Source: Blastocatellia bacterium (GTDB taxonomy: Bacteria; Acidobacteriota; Blastocatellia; RBC074). Taken from it: 64,000 bases of DNA. Under the pieces are notes generated by a model. The model did no database searches, had not been told where the DNA came from, and saw only the letters and a program-made list of their open reading frames with translations. The DNA lies in NCBI GenBank assembly GCA_035429885.1, contig DAOMFR010000019.1:67-64066 (forward strand), in the 5' to 3' direction. The position numbers were made by a program, and so were the translations under genes. Positions 35,683-45,283 of this stretch are shown here, piece by piece; the stretch's first letter is position 1; each line of letters begins with the position of its first letter.

Positions 35683-38600
35683 TTATCGAATCACATTCGC
35701 GTGTGTGCCAACGATGCTGCGAGCGATGGGGAAATCGCCGAGTTCGGCTTGAAGCGGCTGTTTATTTCGGTGGCGAGGCGCGAATTGCACAACAATGACT
35801 TCGGCTTCGCCGGGGCGCAGGCTGTGTCCGCCGGGCAAGGCCAGCATGACTCCCAAGCGGCCTTGCGCTGTTTCGTTCTGGTTGAGAATGAGTGTTGCCT
35901 GCCGAGCCTGGCGTCCGGTTCTTGCGGAAACAAAACGCCATTTGTTCGCATCAAAATTCAAACTAAAACTCAGCGCGTTTTCGGTTCCGTGAGCGTTCAG
36001 CCGGATGGAGATCGCGCCAGGAAGGGGTTTTACCGTCAACGGTTCATTTGTTTCGACGGTTTGCTGACGGCTGGCTTTCAATCCGCAATTTGCAACCCCC
36101 AATCCGCAATCGCCAGAAAGCCCTGCGACAGCAACGCTCGGTCCGCCCGCCACAGTCGCGGCTTCCAGTCCTGCAACGTAACGTCCGGTTTGCACCCAAT
36201 CAGCCAGTGTCAGGCGTCCATCGCCAAGGGTGTCGCGGGGAGCGCAGTCGGCGCGCTGAAATTCACTGCTATTGGCTGGGGAATCCAACCCGGCGACGAA
36301 TCGCCCTACTTGCACCCAGTCGGTGATTGTCACTGAGCCGTTGTTGTTTCCAAAAACACGGGGCGCAACATCGGCTTCATAACCTTGCCCAAGTCGCACA
36401 CTGCCGGAAACAAATTGTGCCGTGATTGGGGAACCGCTACCGGAAACCGCGCGAGGAATTGGCAAATCGCCAAAGTTGATTGTGGCCGTCGTGGCCGAAG
36501 CCGACGGAACAATATTGAATGTGATAACGGCGATTTGCCTTAAACCGGCCTCGTACTTCTTTCCGGAAGGTTGCGTGATCGTGAGTCCAAAAACACCTTG
36601 AGCAACACGTGTGGCGTCAGCGAAAAAATCTGCTCCAATGGAATCCACGCCGATGGAAGTTCGCGGGTCGGCAAGCAGTTTCGGATCAAAACTCAGGCTG
36701 AAATTGATGGCGGTCTCGTCGCCTTTGGAATCCAGCGTGATGGGCACGTTGACCGTTTGTCCGATAGAACCGGCGGAACTGACGACACTGATTGCGCGCG
36801 CGGCGACATTGACGGTCATGGAAGCGCTGGCTCCACCGATGTTGGCGGGTAAAGTCGCCGTAACTGTCGCAGGGCCGCCGACCGCCACACCGCTCAAGTG
36901 GAATGTCGCAGCTGCTGTTCCAGCTGGAATCACGACACTCGATGGAATCGTCAGCACAGATGTATTGGTGGACGATAGCGATACTGTCACGCTATTGGAT
37001 TGCGGGTAACTAAGCGTCACCGTTACGGGGCTTAGTGCTCCGACAGTTGCTGTCAAAGGAGACGGCGACAGCGAAATTCCCGGGAAGGACGTGAAGTTGA
37101 GTGTTTGTGCGTCCACGCAACCGGGTTTGCTCAGAATAATTGGAGCCGTGCGCGCTCCGGCAGGAACTGTGGTCGTGATGGACGTGTTGCTGTTGATCGT
37201 GAAGGAAGCAGGCACGTCGCCGAATTTGACGGCGGTCACCCCCGTGAAGCCGGAGCCTGTGATGGTGACTTGATTGCCCACGGAGCCGCTGCTTGCGCTT
37301 AGGCTGGTGACATTCAGGCAACTGGTCTGGCAGCAGGTGAACCCTGTCAGTTGCAAGGAAAACGCGCGCACGCTGCCGCTGTCTCCCGTAAAGGCGTCCA
37401 CTACAGTGAGTGTCCAGGTGCCGTTCGGGTTTTCTCCGTCGAAGGTGGACAGCGCGTTCGATGGTTTTAGAGTGCCGGTGTAAGGAGGCCCTTGCGGAGG
37501 CGGGCCGTTGGAGGCAATCGAGCCGATAGAAATTGCATTTGCTGCGTCATCATCCAGCAACATTTGGCAGAAGTTTTTGCCGCTGTTGCCGCTGCCGCCG
37601 GGGCGACTGATGATCGTCACGGTTGTTCCTGCGGGCGATGTCAGCCGAAACACCAAATCCCCAACCCAGGTGTGATCCACGCCGACGCCTGTGGCTCCGG
37701 GGCTGGACGAACACTGTGTGCCGTCAATGCGGAAGTTCAAGTCGGCGATGGTGCTGGGAAATCCGCTGACGACGATCGGTAAACTGACGCCGCGAGAATC
37801 TCCGTCGGGGATTTTTGTCGCTTCGCCCGCATAACTGAAGGTTTGCGTTGTCGTGCCGATTGCGCCGAGCGTGAAGTTGAATGTCACGATGCCCAAGTCC
37901 TGATCGCCATCTTTCAAACTCAGATTGATTGGCAAGTTTCCGCCGCAGGCTCCGCTGGCTGTGAATGTGAATTGACGCGCGACGGCTGCTGAACCGGGAG
38001 CCATTGCGCCGTAGCTTCTGGTTTGGTCGGCGGTGATGACGTTGCTGGAAGAGAGCAGTGTCGCCGTCAAATTCTGTGTGGTAGTGGAACCGTTGTTGCC
38101 CAGCAAAAGACTGACCGTTACGGTTTCGCCCGGATCAATGACTTTGTTCGCAGGCAAGCAGCTTTCGGTCACCAGCGAAGACGTGGCGCCAATAATCAGT
38201 TTGGCTGGACGCACCAGCCGCGCGCGAATGCCATAATTGCCAAACGATCCCAGTGAATCAATCAACTCGAAGGTTAAGCCGTCCAGCGAACGATAGGAAC
38301 GCGTTTTGGATTTCGTCGTGTCCAGCGCAAAAGGAAATACGTTTTCTGTCTGGGTCAGTTTTAGGCCCACGACGAAATCTCCGGACGTCACCGTGAGTGG
38401 AGAAATGTTGACCACATTGAACGCGCCGACCTGTTGCACTTGTGCCGCTGTCGTCTGAAACACGAGCCCGTCAATATTCGAATCGCCGTCAGCGTTTGAC
38501 GCGACAATCACCGAATACTGATCGCCTACGCGCACGCTGGTGTTATCCGGGAAGTAAATCGAAACGGCGTTGATCGTGGCCGGGTAAAACGCCGGAGTCA

Positions 38601-41412
38601 GCCGGTTGACGCGGTACGAAGTGCCGCCGGTTGTGACTCCTGCGGCGGTTTCAAAGCTTCCATCGTCAACAGACAGTTCAAAAGGCGCGGCGTCTTGCGT
38701 CACGGTGAAGGCTTGTCCGCCGACAGTGATGGTTCCGGTGCGTTGAATCGGTTGTGTGTTGTTGGCGACTGTGAAGTTGACGGTGCCGTTTCCCTGGCTA
38801 CCACTTGTGAATAGGACGCTGATAAATGAATCGCTGACTGTTGGTGTCCAAGCGCATTCCGAAGCCGAAGCCACCGCGAAGTTGCCTGAGCCTCCGTTGG
38901 CAGGGAAGTTTTTTGTCGCCGGAGTCAGCGTGTAAGAGCATCCGTTTCCCGCGCTTTGCGAAATGGTGACCAGTTGTCCGGCGACAGTGATTGTTCCGGT
39001 GCGCGCCAGGCCCGAAGTCGGCGCAACTGTAAAGCTGACGGTTCCGGTTCCGCTGGCGACTGCGCCGGAGTTAATGGTGATGAAGCTGGAGCCACTAATT
39101 GCTGTCCATCCGCAAGCAGCAGTTGTTTCCACGCTGATGGTTCCGACTCCGCCAGAAGCCGTGAAGCTGGAATTGTTCGCCGTCACGGTATAAGCGCAAT
39201 TGCCAACGGTCAGAATGTTGGCGCCGGTAGCCGTTTGGCCGTCAGGGTTTGTGACAGTGACGGTTTTGGTTCCGGCAGCGGCGTTGACCGTCGAAAGGTT
39301 CAACTGAATCGTTGTCGGATTGACGTAACTGACATTGTTGACGGTGACTCCGCCGCTGACGGATGCCCGCAGGCGGCAACTGTAGGAGTCTCCGGGGTCG
39401 AAAAATCCTGCTCCGTCAGCCGAGGTTAAACCAGTGAGCGTGACGTTGATCGAGCTCAAGCCTGTCGCGATCGAAGGCGGATTCGTTGCAGCAGGCGTGG
39501 CTGGCGGAGGTGCCGGAATTTTGGCTACGCGTAACCCATAGGAGTTGGCGGCGTCCGCGAATTGCTGCACGGTCCACAACGTCATGTCGTCGCAAGGGTC
39601 AACACTGGTGAACGAATAATCTCCCCAGCGGCGGCGAGCGGCCAGATTTCCGCTATCGCTGGACGGGTTGTACGGCGCAGGGCTGGCTGTGATCAACGAC
39701 GGAGCTTGCAGTGCGCCCAGCGGATCGGTTGCCAGCCGATAGGCAATCGCGGCATTCACATATTCATTCGTTCCGGCGGTGCTGCTTCCAATCAAAGCGT
39801 TTCCCTGACCGGAAACGGCCAGCGACGGAATGAAGTAATTTCGTTCGTCTTCGATGTTGGTTGTCGTGGAGGTGAATAACGTTCCGGCTTGGCGAAGCGT
39901 CGGCGCGTTAGTGGCAATGTCCGTGATTTCGTACCAGCGAACTCCATTGCGTGTGCGCGGAGCATCAATTGTGCCTTCGTTATTGACGGAAATGTTGTGC
40001 GTGGTCCAGATGCTGCCGCCGCGAAGTTGGGCCATTGCCAAACGATCATCAATCGCATCCAGCCTACCGTTCACTCCATTAATGTTGCCGCGATGGCGAA
40101 CCGTAATCGGTTGAGACGTGGTCAGCACATTCAGGTAAATGTTGGCCGACATCACCGGAACGCCACCTGGATTCGACACTCTGCGCAAAACCAATCGACC
40201 CAGACTGCCCGCATCCGTGCCAAGAAAATAACCTTCGGTGGAACTGGCGGCAGGATTGTCCACGCCCTGGGGCGTGAAGATGCCGTTTTTCAATGATGTA
40301 CCGGTCGAATCAATCAAGTTGCGAAAGGCTGAGGCAACAATCTGGCCGCCGCTCAGGATCGAAGATTTGCGAATGACCAACGCCGTCGTATTGCTGAACG
40401 CCCGATTGCAAAATTGATTCAATCCTACATACAGCGCGTTGGCGTCAATTCCCAGCGTCGGGAAGTCTGCAAAACATCCGTTGTCGCCCGCCGGAGACAC
40501 TTCGTTATGCGCGAACTGATAAAACGTCCAGCTCGTCGCCGTGTTGATCGTTGATCCGTCGCTGACCGCCAGCAGAATCCGATTGTTCGATGAAGCCGTG
40601 TTGACCAGCAGAATGAACCAACGTCCGGAGAGCCTGTCGTAGCGAACACGCGGGTCCGTTGTGATGAATCCTGCGCGAACGGAGTTGAAGAAGGAATCAA
40701 TGTCGGCATCCAGTTGTCCAACTGCGCCTGTGCTTTTGTTGAAGACTCGTATGCGGCCATTCACCGCCAGCAAAAATTGGGTCGGTCCGGCGGCTCCCAT
40801 CGAATCCGGCGGAAAGGCGCTGGTTTCCGCCAGGGTCGCTGCCGTGAAGTTGAGCGTTGGCAAAGGAGCGAAAGAGGGAAGTAGAGACGGAGAGACGGAG
40901 AGATTGGGTGACTGTTGCCCCAGGCGTTTGGTCTCTCTGCCCCATAATTCCTCAATCCCTCCGCCCCTCTGTCCCTCTGTTCCAGCAGGCGGCCATTGCG
41001 CACCCGGCAGGGCATCCGGGTTTTGCGGCAACTTGTCGCGATTGGGTTGTTCGAGCTCTTCTTCACGGTTGCGCTTGGCACGGCGTGGAGCCTTGGTCTC
41101 ACCGGAACGAAGCGATTGTTCGCGCGTCATGATCTCCGCCGTGGTTTCGGTGATGCCTGCTTCGCCAACCCACAACACGCCGGTGATTGATCCATCCGGG
41201 TTGATTTGTTGTTGTTGAGAATGAATGTGGCGAGCAGGCGGCGTTTTAATTTTGGATTTTGGCTTGGCTGATGAATTCGACCGCTCTGCACGACGTTGCG
41301 CCAGCCCGGCATTCAGCCATTGGCCCAACACCAAAGCCACTGTAACGAAAATCATCAACGATAAGAAGCGACGGAAAGATTTGAAGACGAATGCAAATCT
41401 CGAAACGGGCAT
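35683..41412 (-). CDS. Giant secreted multidomain protein (1909 aa): beta-propeller-like N-domain, IPT/TIG, BACON-like repeats, proprotein-convertase P-domain, cohesin, dockerin-like pair, cohesin-like C-terminus
   Basis: Has a signal anchor (FLSLMIFVTVALVLG). Repeated modules with a C..Y.V/L...GG.G...V.....C.WT pattern are BACON-like. A P-domain is present (HTWVGDLVFRLTSPAGTTVTII...NPNGTWTLTVVD). A cohesin-like domain is present (VNVPITLDSKGDETAINFSLSFDP). The dockerin-like pair is YEADVAPRVFGNNNGSVTITDWVQVGRF / RADCAPRDTLGDGRLTLADWVQTGRY. Confidence 0.85.
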   Translation of the reverse strand: MPVSRFAFVFKSFRRFLSLMIFVTVALVLGQWLNAGLAQRRAERSNSSAKPKSKIKTPPARHIHSQQQQINPDGSITGVLWVGEAGITETTAEIMTREQSLRSGETKAPRRAKRNREEELEQPNRDKLPQNPDALPGAQWPPAGTEGQRGGGIEELWGRETKRLGQQSPNLSVSPSLLPSFAPLPTLNFTAATLAETSAFPPDSMGAAGPTQFLLAVNGRIRVFNKSTGAVGQLDADIDSFFNSVRAGFITTDPRVRYDRLSGRWFILLVNTASSNNRILLAVSDGSTINTATSWTFYQFAHNEVSPAGDNGCFADFPTLGIDANALYVGLNQFCNRAFSNTTALVIRKSSILSGGQIVASAFRNLIDSTGTSLKNGIFTPQGVDNPAASSTEGYFLGTDAGSLGRLVLRRVSNPGGVPVMSANIYLNVLTTSQPITVRHRGNINGVNGRLDAIDDRLAMAQLRGGSIWTTHNISVNNEGTIDAPRTRNGVRWYEITDIATNAPTLRQAGTLFTSTTTNIEDERNYFIPSLAVSGQGNALIGSSTAGTNEYVNAAIAYRLATDPLGALQAPSLITASPAPYNPSSDSGNLAARRRWGDYSFTSVDPCDDMTLWTVQQFADAANSYGLRVAKIPAPPPATPAATNPPSIATGLSSINVTLTGLTSADGAGFFDPGDSYSCRLRASVSGGVTVNNVSYVNPTTIQLNLSTVNAAAGTKTVTVTNPDGQTATGANILTVGNCAYTVTANNSSFTASGGVGTISVETTAACGWTAISGSSFITINSGAVASGTGTVSFTVAPTSGLARTGTITVAGQLVTISQSAGNGCSYTLTPATKNFPANGGSGNFAVASASECAWTPTVSDSFISVLFTSGSQGNGTVNFTVANNTQPIQRTGTITVGGQAFTVTQDAAPFELSVDDGSFETAAGVTTGGTSYRVNRLTPAFYPATINAVSIYFPDNTSVRVGDQYSVIVASNADGDSNIDGLVFQTTAAQVQQVGAFNVVNISPLTVTSGDFVVGLKLTQTENVFPFALDTTKSKTRSYRSLDGLTFELIDSLGSFGNYGIRARLVRPAKLIIGATSSLVTESCLPANKVIDPGETVTVSLLLGNNGSTTTQNLTATLLSSSNVITADQTRSYGAMAPGSAAVARQFTFTASGACGGNLPINLSLKDGDQDLGIVTFNFTLGAIGTTTQTFSYAGEATKIPDGDSRGVSLPIVVSGFPSTIADLNFRIDGTQCSSSPGATGVGVDHTWVGDLVFRLTSPAGTTVTIISRPGGSGNSGKNFCQMLLDDDAANAISIGSIASNGPPPQGPPYTGTLKPSNALSTFDGENPNGTWTLTVVDAFTGDSGSVRAFSLQLTGFTCCQTSCLNVTSLSASSGSVGNQVTITGSGFTGVTAVKFGDVPASFTINSNTSITTTVPAGARTAPIILSKPGCVDAQTLNFTSFPGISLSPSPLTATVGALSPVTVTLSYPQSNSVTVSLSSTNTSVLTIPSSVVIPAGTAAATFHLSGVAVGGPATVTATLPANIGGASASMTVNVAARAISVVSSAGSIGQTVNVPITLDSKGDETAINFSLSFDPKLLADPRTSIGVDSIGADFFADATRVAQGVFGLTITQPSGKKYEAGLRQIAVITFNIVPSASATTATINFGDLPIPRAVSGSGSPITAQFVSGSVRLGQGYEADVAPRVFGNNNGSVTITDWVQVGRFVAGLDSPANSSEFQRADCAPRDTLGDGRLTLADWVQTGRYVAGLEAATVAGGPSVAVAGLSGDCGLGVANCGLKASRQQTVETNEPLTVKPLPGAISIRLNAHGTENALSFSLNFDANKWRFVSARTGRQARQATLILNQNETAQGRLGVMLALPGGHSLRPGEAEVIVVQFAPRHRNKQPLQAELGDFPIARSIVGTHANVIR
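36079..36113 (-). repeat. Heptanucleotide tandem repeat (5 units, consensus CGGATTG on the coding strand) inside the 1909-aa ORF
   Basis: The + strand reads CAATCCG CAATTTG CAACCCC CAATCCG CAATCGC, translated as CGLGVANCGLKAS. It sits in the linker homologous to the repeat-bearing linker of the PA14 protein. Confidence 0.85.
40871..40982 (-). repeat. Purine-rich/pyrimidine-rich imperfect inverted repeat with tandem octamers, embedded in-frame in the 1909-aa ORF
   Basis: Tandem 8-mers AGAGACGG AGAGACGG AGAGATTG lie at 40883-40906, and CCCTCTGT CCCTCTGT at 40965-40980. The two flanks are about 74% complementary by eye (GGAGAGATTGGG versus CCTCAATCCCTCC). The region encodes the low-complexity linker EGQRGGGIEELWGRETKRLGQQSPNLSVSPSLLPSF. 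Confidence 0.55.
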
Positions 41413-41723
41413 GCCTACTCCTGAAACGCACCTTCCCTGGCCAAAAAGTGGCTAGGCGTCACTGCCAGACAACAGCGACAAATGATTCCTAACGGATGAT
41501 GACGGAACTGCGAAGTATGACGAGGCCGATTCCTAAGCCAAACAAGTGAGGACAACGCAGGGGATAACCAACTGGCTTAATCGGTGTTGATCAGAATCAG
41601 TTCTGTCAAAACGCCTCTTCGTACAATACCGAAATTGAAGATTCCAGTAACTCACTGGGCGCAGAACTTAAACGTCGAAGTTAGGGCTGTCAAGAAGGTA
41701 TTTTAGTGCGAGCACACTCAGGT

Positions 41724-42137
41724 TCAGGCGGGCATGGAAACGGCTCCGATCTGCACCATCGCGCCGAGAAAATCGGTCTGACTCCAGCGCTCGACGCATT
41801 TGCCATTGGCGAACCTGAGAATTGTGATGCCCGGCAACGACACGGGCTTTCTGGTCGCGGGAACGCCCAGGAAGTTTCCGCCATGCGTGGCGTTGACGAC
41901 AAAGCGGCACGTCAATTTGTCGTCAGCTTCGATCAAATCTTCAACGACGATTTTCGCGTCAGGGAAGGCGGTCCAGAATTGAGCGTAAAATCGTTTGATG
42001 TTTTCCAGGCCGGGGCCGACTCCGGCGTAACCGCGCAACACCGCGTTGTCGTCGTACAGATCGAAATACTTTTCGCGGGTTTCCAATCTGCCGAAATTTT
42101 CAATCGCCTGCAGTAAAGCCAGTTTGTTGTCTGTCAT
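41724..42137 (-). CDS. SnoaL-like ester cyclase / NTF2-fold protein
   Basis: 137 aa counted from the ATG at 42137 (MTDNKLALLQAIENF), which is preceded by AAGGAGA. The pattern is SnoaL-like (FYAQFWTAFPD, THGGNFLGVPATRKPV). The ORF-track start at 42251 would overlap the divergent NifU-like gene. Confidence 0.8.
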   Translation of the reverse strand: MTDNKLALLQAIENFGRLETREKYFDLYDDNAVLRGYAGVGPGLENIKRFYAQFWTAFPDAKIVVEDLIEADDKLTCRFVVNATHGGNFLGVPATRKPVSLPGITILRFANGKCVERWSQTDFLGAMVQIGAVSMPA

Positions 42138-42237
42138 ACGAGAGTCTCCTTGTGATGTATAGTGATGAACGAATTCGGCAGGTATTACGACTGAATTCGG
42201 CAATCGGTTTTCTGAGTAGAGGAGAAAAGACTGGGAA

Positions 42238-42615
42238 ATGTACAGCGCCAAAGTTCTGCATCATCTGGAAAACCCACATAACGTCGGCGAATTGGCCGAC
42301 GCGACGGTTACCGGACAGGCGACCAATCCGGTGTGCGGAGATTTGCTGAATCTGCAACTCAAAATTGCCGACGGAGCCATCGTTGCCGCCAAGTTCACTG
42401 TGCAAGGCTGCCCGCCAAGCATTGCCGCCGGTTCCGCGTTAACCGAAATGTTGACTGGCTTGGCGGTTGCGGAAGCGCGCAAGCTGGTTCCATCGGATGT
42501 CACGCGTTCGCTGGAAAGTTTGCCGCGAAACAAAGAGCACTGCTCCGTGCTGGCAATTGACGCGCTTCGATCTGCTCTGGCGACACTCGCCGAACCATCG
42601 AGCAACATGGTATAA
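42238..42615 (+). CDS. NifU/IscU N-terminal-domain-like Fe-S cluster scaffold protein
   Basis: 125-aa ORF with three scaffold Cys in the canonical context (NPVCGD, VQGCPPSIA, EHCSVLA). Confidence 0.85.
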   Translation: MYSAKVLHHLENPHNVGELADATVTGQATNPVCGDLLNLQLKIADGAIVAAKFTVQGCPPSIAAGSALTEMLTGLAVAEARKLVPSDVTRSLESLPRNKEHCSVLAIDALRSALATLAEPSSNMV

Positions 42616-42659
42616 CCGGCCTTCCGCTGCGGAAGACTTCAACCCAAAAACAAAACGAT

Positions 42660-44015
42660 ATGCCAATTGCAACTCCAGTAACTCCGGAGGCCGAGCCGCT
42701 GCATCGGGTCTCCGCTGATCAAATACTGCACCGTCTGCGCGAAATGTTCGGCGAAGATCGCGCTCGCGTTGTCACTGGCGACAACTTCAAAGTCGTTGAA
42801 GAAACGGAACGCGTCGTCGCTTTTCCGCACACCCTGGAAGAACTGACGGAAATCCTGAAGCTGGCAGAACGCGAACGCTGGCGAGTGATTCCGGCTGGCG
42901 CGGGAACCTGGCTGACCGTGGGAAATCGTCCCGTACAGTTTCAGCTTGTCGTTTCGACGGAGAAGATGAATCGCGTGCTGGAATACGAACCCGCCGATCT
43001 GACTGCGACGGTTCAGGCTGGCTGTTCGCTGGCAGAGTTCAACCGGCAAGCTGCCCAGCATCGGCAATTCATTCCGCTGGATCCGTTCGGTGATGCGAAC
43101 TCCACGCTCGGAGGAATCATCGCAACGGCCAGCAGCGGGCCAATGCGTTGCGGATATGGAACTCCCCGTGATTGGCTCATCGGCATTCGCGTCGTTCATC
43201 CGAACGGAGGCGTGACCAAAGCTGGCGGCAAAGTTGTTAAAAACGTGGCTGGTTACGATTTGTGCAAGTTGTACACTGGCAGCTTCGGTTCGCTGGCCGT
43301 CTTTGCCGAGATGAGTTTCAAGCTGCGCGCCTTGCCGTCTGCGGAAAAAACGCTGGTGTTTTACGCTGCGGATGCCGAAAGTCTGTGCTGGCTGGCGCTG
43401 CGGATCAGCGATTCCGATGTGCAGCCTGCGGCGATGGAATTGATTTCTCCGTCTGCCGATCTAAGTTTGCCGCTTGACGCTCGACGCTTTGCCCTGGTGC
43501 TTCGGTTTCTGAACGAAACCGAAACCGTGGAATTTCAATTGAACGAAGCCGCTCGTATCGGTCACGATTTCGAACGAACGGTGATGAGCGATGCTGACGC
43601 GGAAGCGTTTTGGACGGCTTACCACGAAACAGAAACTGATGACCTGTGGGCATACAATCTGCGGTTGAGCGCGTTGCCAGCCGATTTGAACGATGTGGTG
43701 AAAGATGTCGGCCAGTTTTTGCCCCAGTCAGTCTGGCGCGCGCACGCAGGCAATGGCGTGTTGCGCGTGCTGGCCAAAGAAGATTTGTTTGAAGGATTGC
43801 AAACCAAACGCCGCCCGAAATTCATTTCCGAACTTCGACAATTAACCCAGGCGCGCGGCGGTCAATTGGTGATGCTCAACGCGCCGCAAATGCTCAAGGA
43901 TCAACTGGACACCTGGGGCGAAGTCGGCTCGATTTCCAGATTGATGCGCGAATTAAAAAACCGGTTTGATCCTGACGCGCAACTCAGTCCGGGAAGATTT
44001 ATCGGGGGCATTTGA
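42660..44015 (+). CDS. FAD-binding (PCMH-type) oxidoreductase, glycolate oxidase GlcE-like subunit
   Basis: 451-aa ORF with FAD_binding_4-type motifs (IPAGAGTWL, STLGGIIATASSGP, KNVAGYDLCKLYTGSFGSLAV). Confidence 0.8.
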   Translation: MPIATPVTPEAEPLHRVSADQILHRLREMFGEDRARVVTGDNFKVVEETERVVAFPHTLEELTEILKLAERERWRVIPAGAGTWLTVGNRPVQFQLVVSTEKMNRVLEYEPADLTATVQAGCSLAEFNRQAAQHRQFIPLDPFGDANSTLGGIIATASSGPMRCGYGTPRDWLIGIRVVHPNGGVTKAGGKVVKNVAGYDLCKLYTGSFGSLAVFAEMSFKLRALPSAEKTLVFYAADAESLCWLALRISDSDVQPAAMELISPSADLSLPLDARRFALVLRFLNETETVEFQLNEAARIGHDFERTVMSDADAEAFWTAYHETETDDLWAYNLRLSALPADLNDVVKDVGQFLPQSVWRAHAGNGVLRVLAKEDLFEGLQTKRRPKFISELRQLTQARGGQLVMLNAPQMLKDQLDTWGEVGSISRLMRELKNRFDPDAQLSPGRFIGGI

Positions 44016-44055
44016 TTCATTTTTTGAGCATTCGCGACAGAAGAGTAGATAACCA

Positions 44056-45240
44056 ATGATTGCTTCCGCCAACCACGACGTTTCACTGGTGTTCATCGAG
44101 TTGGGAGCAGCGGTAATCGGCTTGGCGATGTTGGCGCGTCTGGCCAGTCGCTGGGGATTTTCGGCAATTCCGCTGTATTTGATTGCCGGTTTGGCATTCG
44201 GCAATGGCGGCATTGCGCCTTTGAATTTCAGTGAAAACTTCATCGGTTTTGCCGGAGAAGTCGGCGTTCTGTTGTTGCTGTTTATGCTCGGCCTGGAATA
44301 CACGGGCGAAGAGTTGATGGCCAACTTGCGCGTCGGGCTTCCGGCTGGCTTGATGGATTTCGCGCTGAACTTCACGCCGGGATTGTTGGCGGGATTATTG
44401 CTTGGGTGGCAGCCGCTGGCGGCGTTGTTGTTGGGCGGTGTTACGTATATTTCCTCTTCCGGCGTGATTGCCAAAGTGTTGGGAGAGTTGGGTTGGTTGA
44501 ACAATTCGGAAACGCCGACGGTTCTTTCGATTTTGGTGATTGAAGATTTGGCGATGGCGGTTTATCTGCCTTTGATTGCCGTCTTGTTGATCGGGCAAAG
44601 CTTTGTTACCGGATTGATTTCGATATTGATCGCACTTGCCACCGTTGGAGTGGTGTTGTTTTTGGCTGTGCGATATGGCGATTCAATCAGCCGGGTTGCG
44701 GCGCACGAATCAAACGAGATCATCTTGCTAACGACATTTGGCGCAGTGTTGTTGGTCGCTGGCATCGCGCAACGCTTACAGGTTTCGTCAGCAGTGGGCG
44801 CGTTTTTGGTTGGAATTGCGCTATCTGGGCCTTTGGCAAAACGAGCACATCACCTGGTTGGCCCGTTGCGAGATTTGTTTGCCGCCCAGTTCTTTTTCTT
44901 TTTTGGATTGCAGATTAACCCGGCGACGTTACCGCCTGTTTTGCTGCTCGCGTTGAGCCTGGGGATCGTCACTGCGTTGACGAAAATTCTGACCGGTTGG
45001 TGGGCAGCTCGTCGAGCCGGAATCGAACGAAAAGGTCAATGGCGTGCTGGCGCTGCCTTGGTCGCTCGCGGCGAATTTTCTATCGTCATTGCCGGGCTCG
45101 GAGTTCACGCAGGATTGGAACCTCGCTTGAGTTCGTTGTCGGCGGCTTACGTTTTGTTTCTGGCTGTGTTGGGGCCGATTTTGGCACGAACCATTGAACC
45201 GTTGTTGGATGTTGTCACTCGCAAAAAAGCGAGTAACTGA
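44056..45240 (+). CDS. Cation:proton antiporter (CPA2/Kef-type Na+/H+ exchanger family)
   Basis: 394-aa polytopic membrane ORF with typical CPA motifs (IPLYLIAGLAFG, GLEYT, VIEDLAMAVYLPL, RGEFSIVIAG). Confidence 0.85.
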   Translation: MIASANHDVSLVFIELGAAVIGLAMLARLASRWGFSAIPLYLIAGLAFGNGGIAPLNFSENFIGFAGEVGVLLLLFMLGLEYTGEELMANLRVGLPAGLMDFALNFTPGLLAGLLLGWQPLAALLLGGVTYISSSGVIAKVLGELGWLNNSETPTVLSILVIEDLAMAVYLPLIAVLLIGQSFVTGLISILIALATVGVVLFLAVRYGDSISRVAAHESNEIILLTTFGAVLLVAGIAQRLQVSSAVGAFLVGIALSGPLAKRAHHLVGPLRDLFAAQFFFFFGLQINPATLPPVLLLALSLGIVTALTKILTGWWAARRAGIERKGQWRAGAALVARGEFSIVIAGLGVHAGLEPRLSSLSAAYVLFLAVLGPILARTIEPLLDVVTRKKASN

Positions 45241-45283
45241 GATGTTTATCTACTTCCAGCATCGCCTGGATTAGGGAGAAGTT

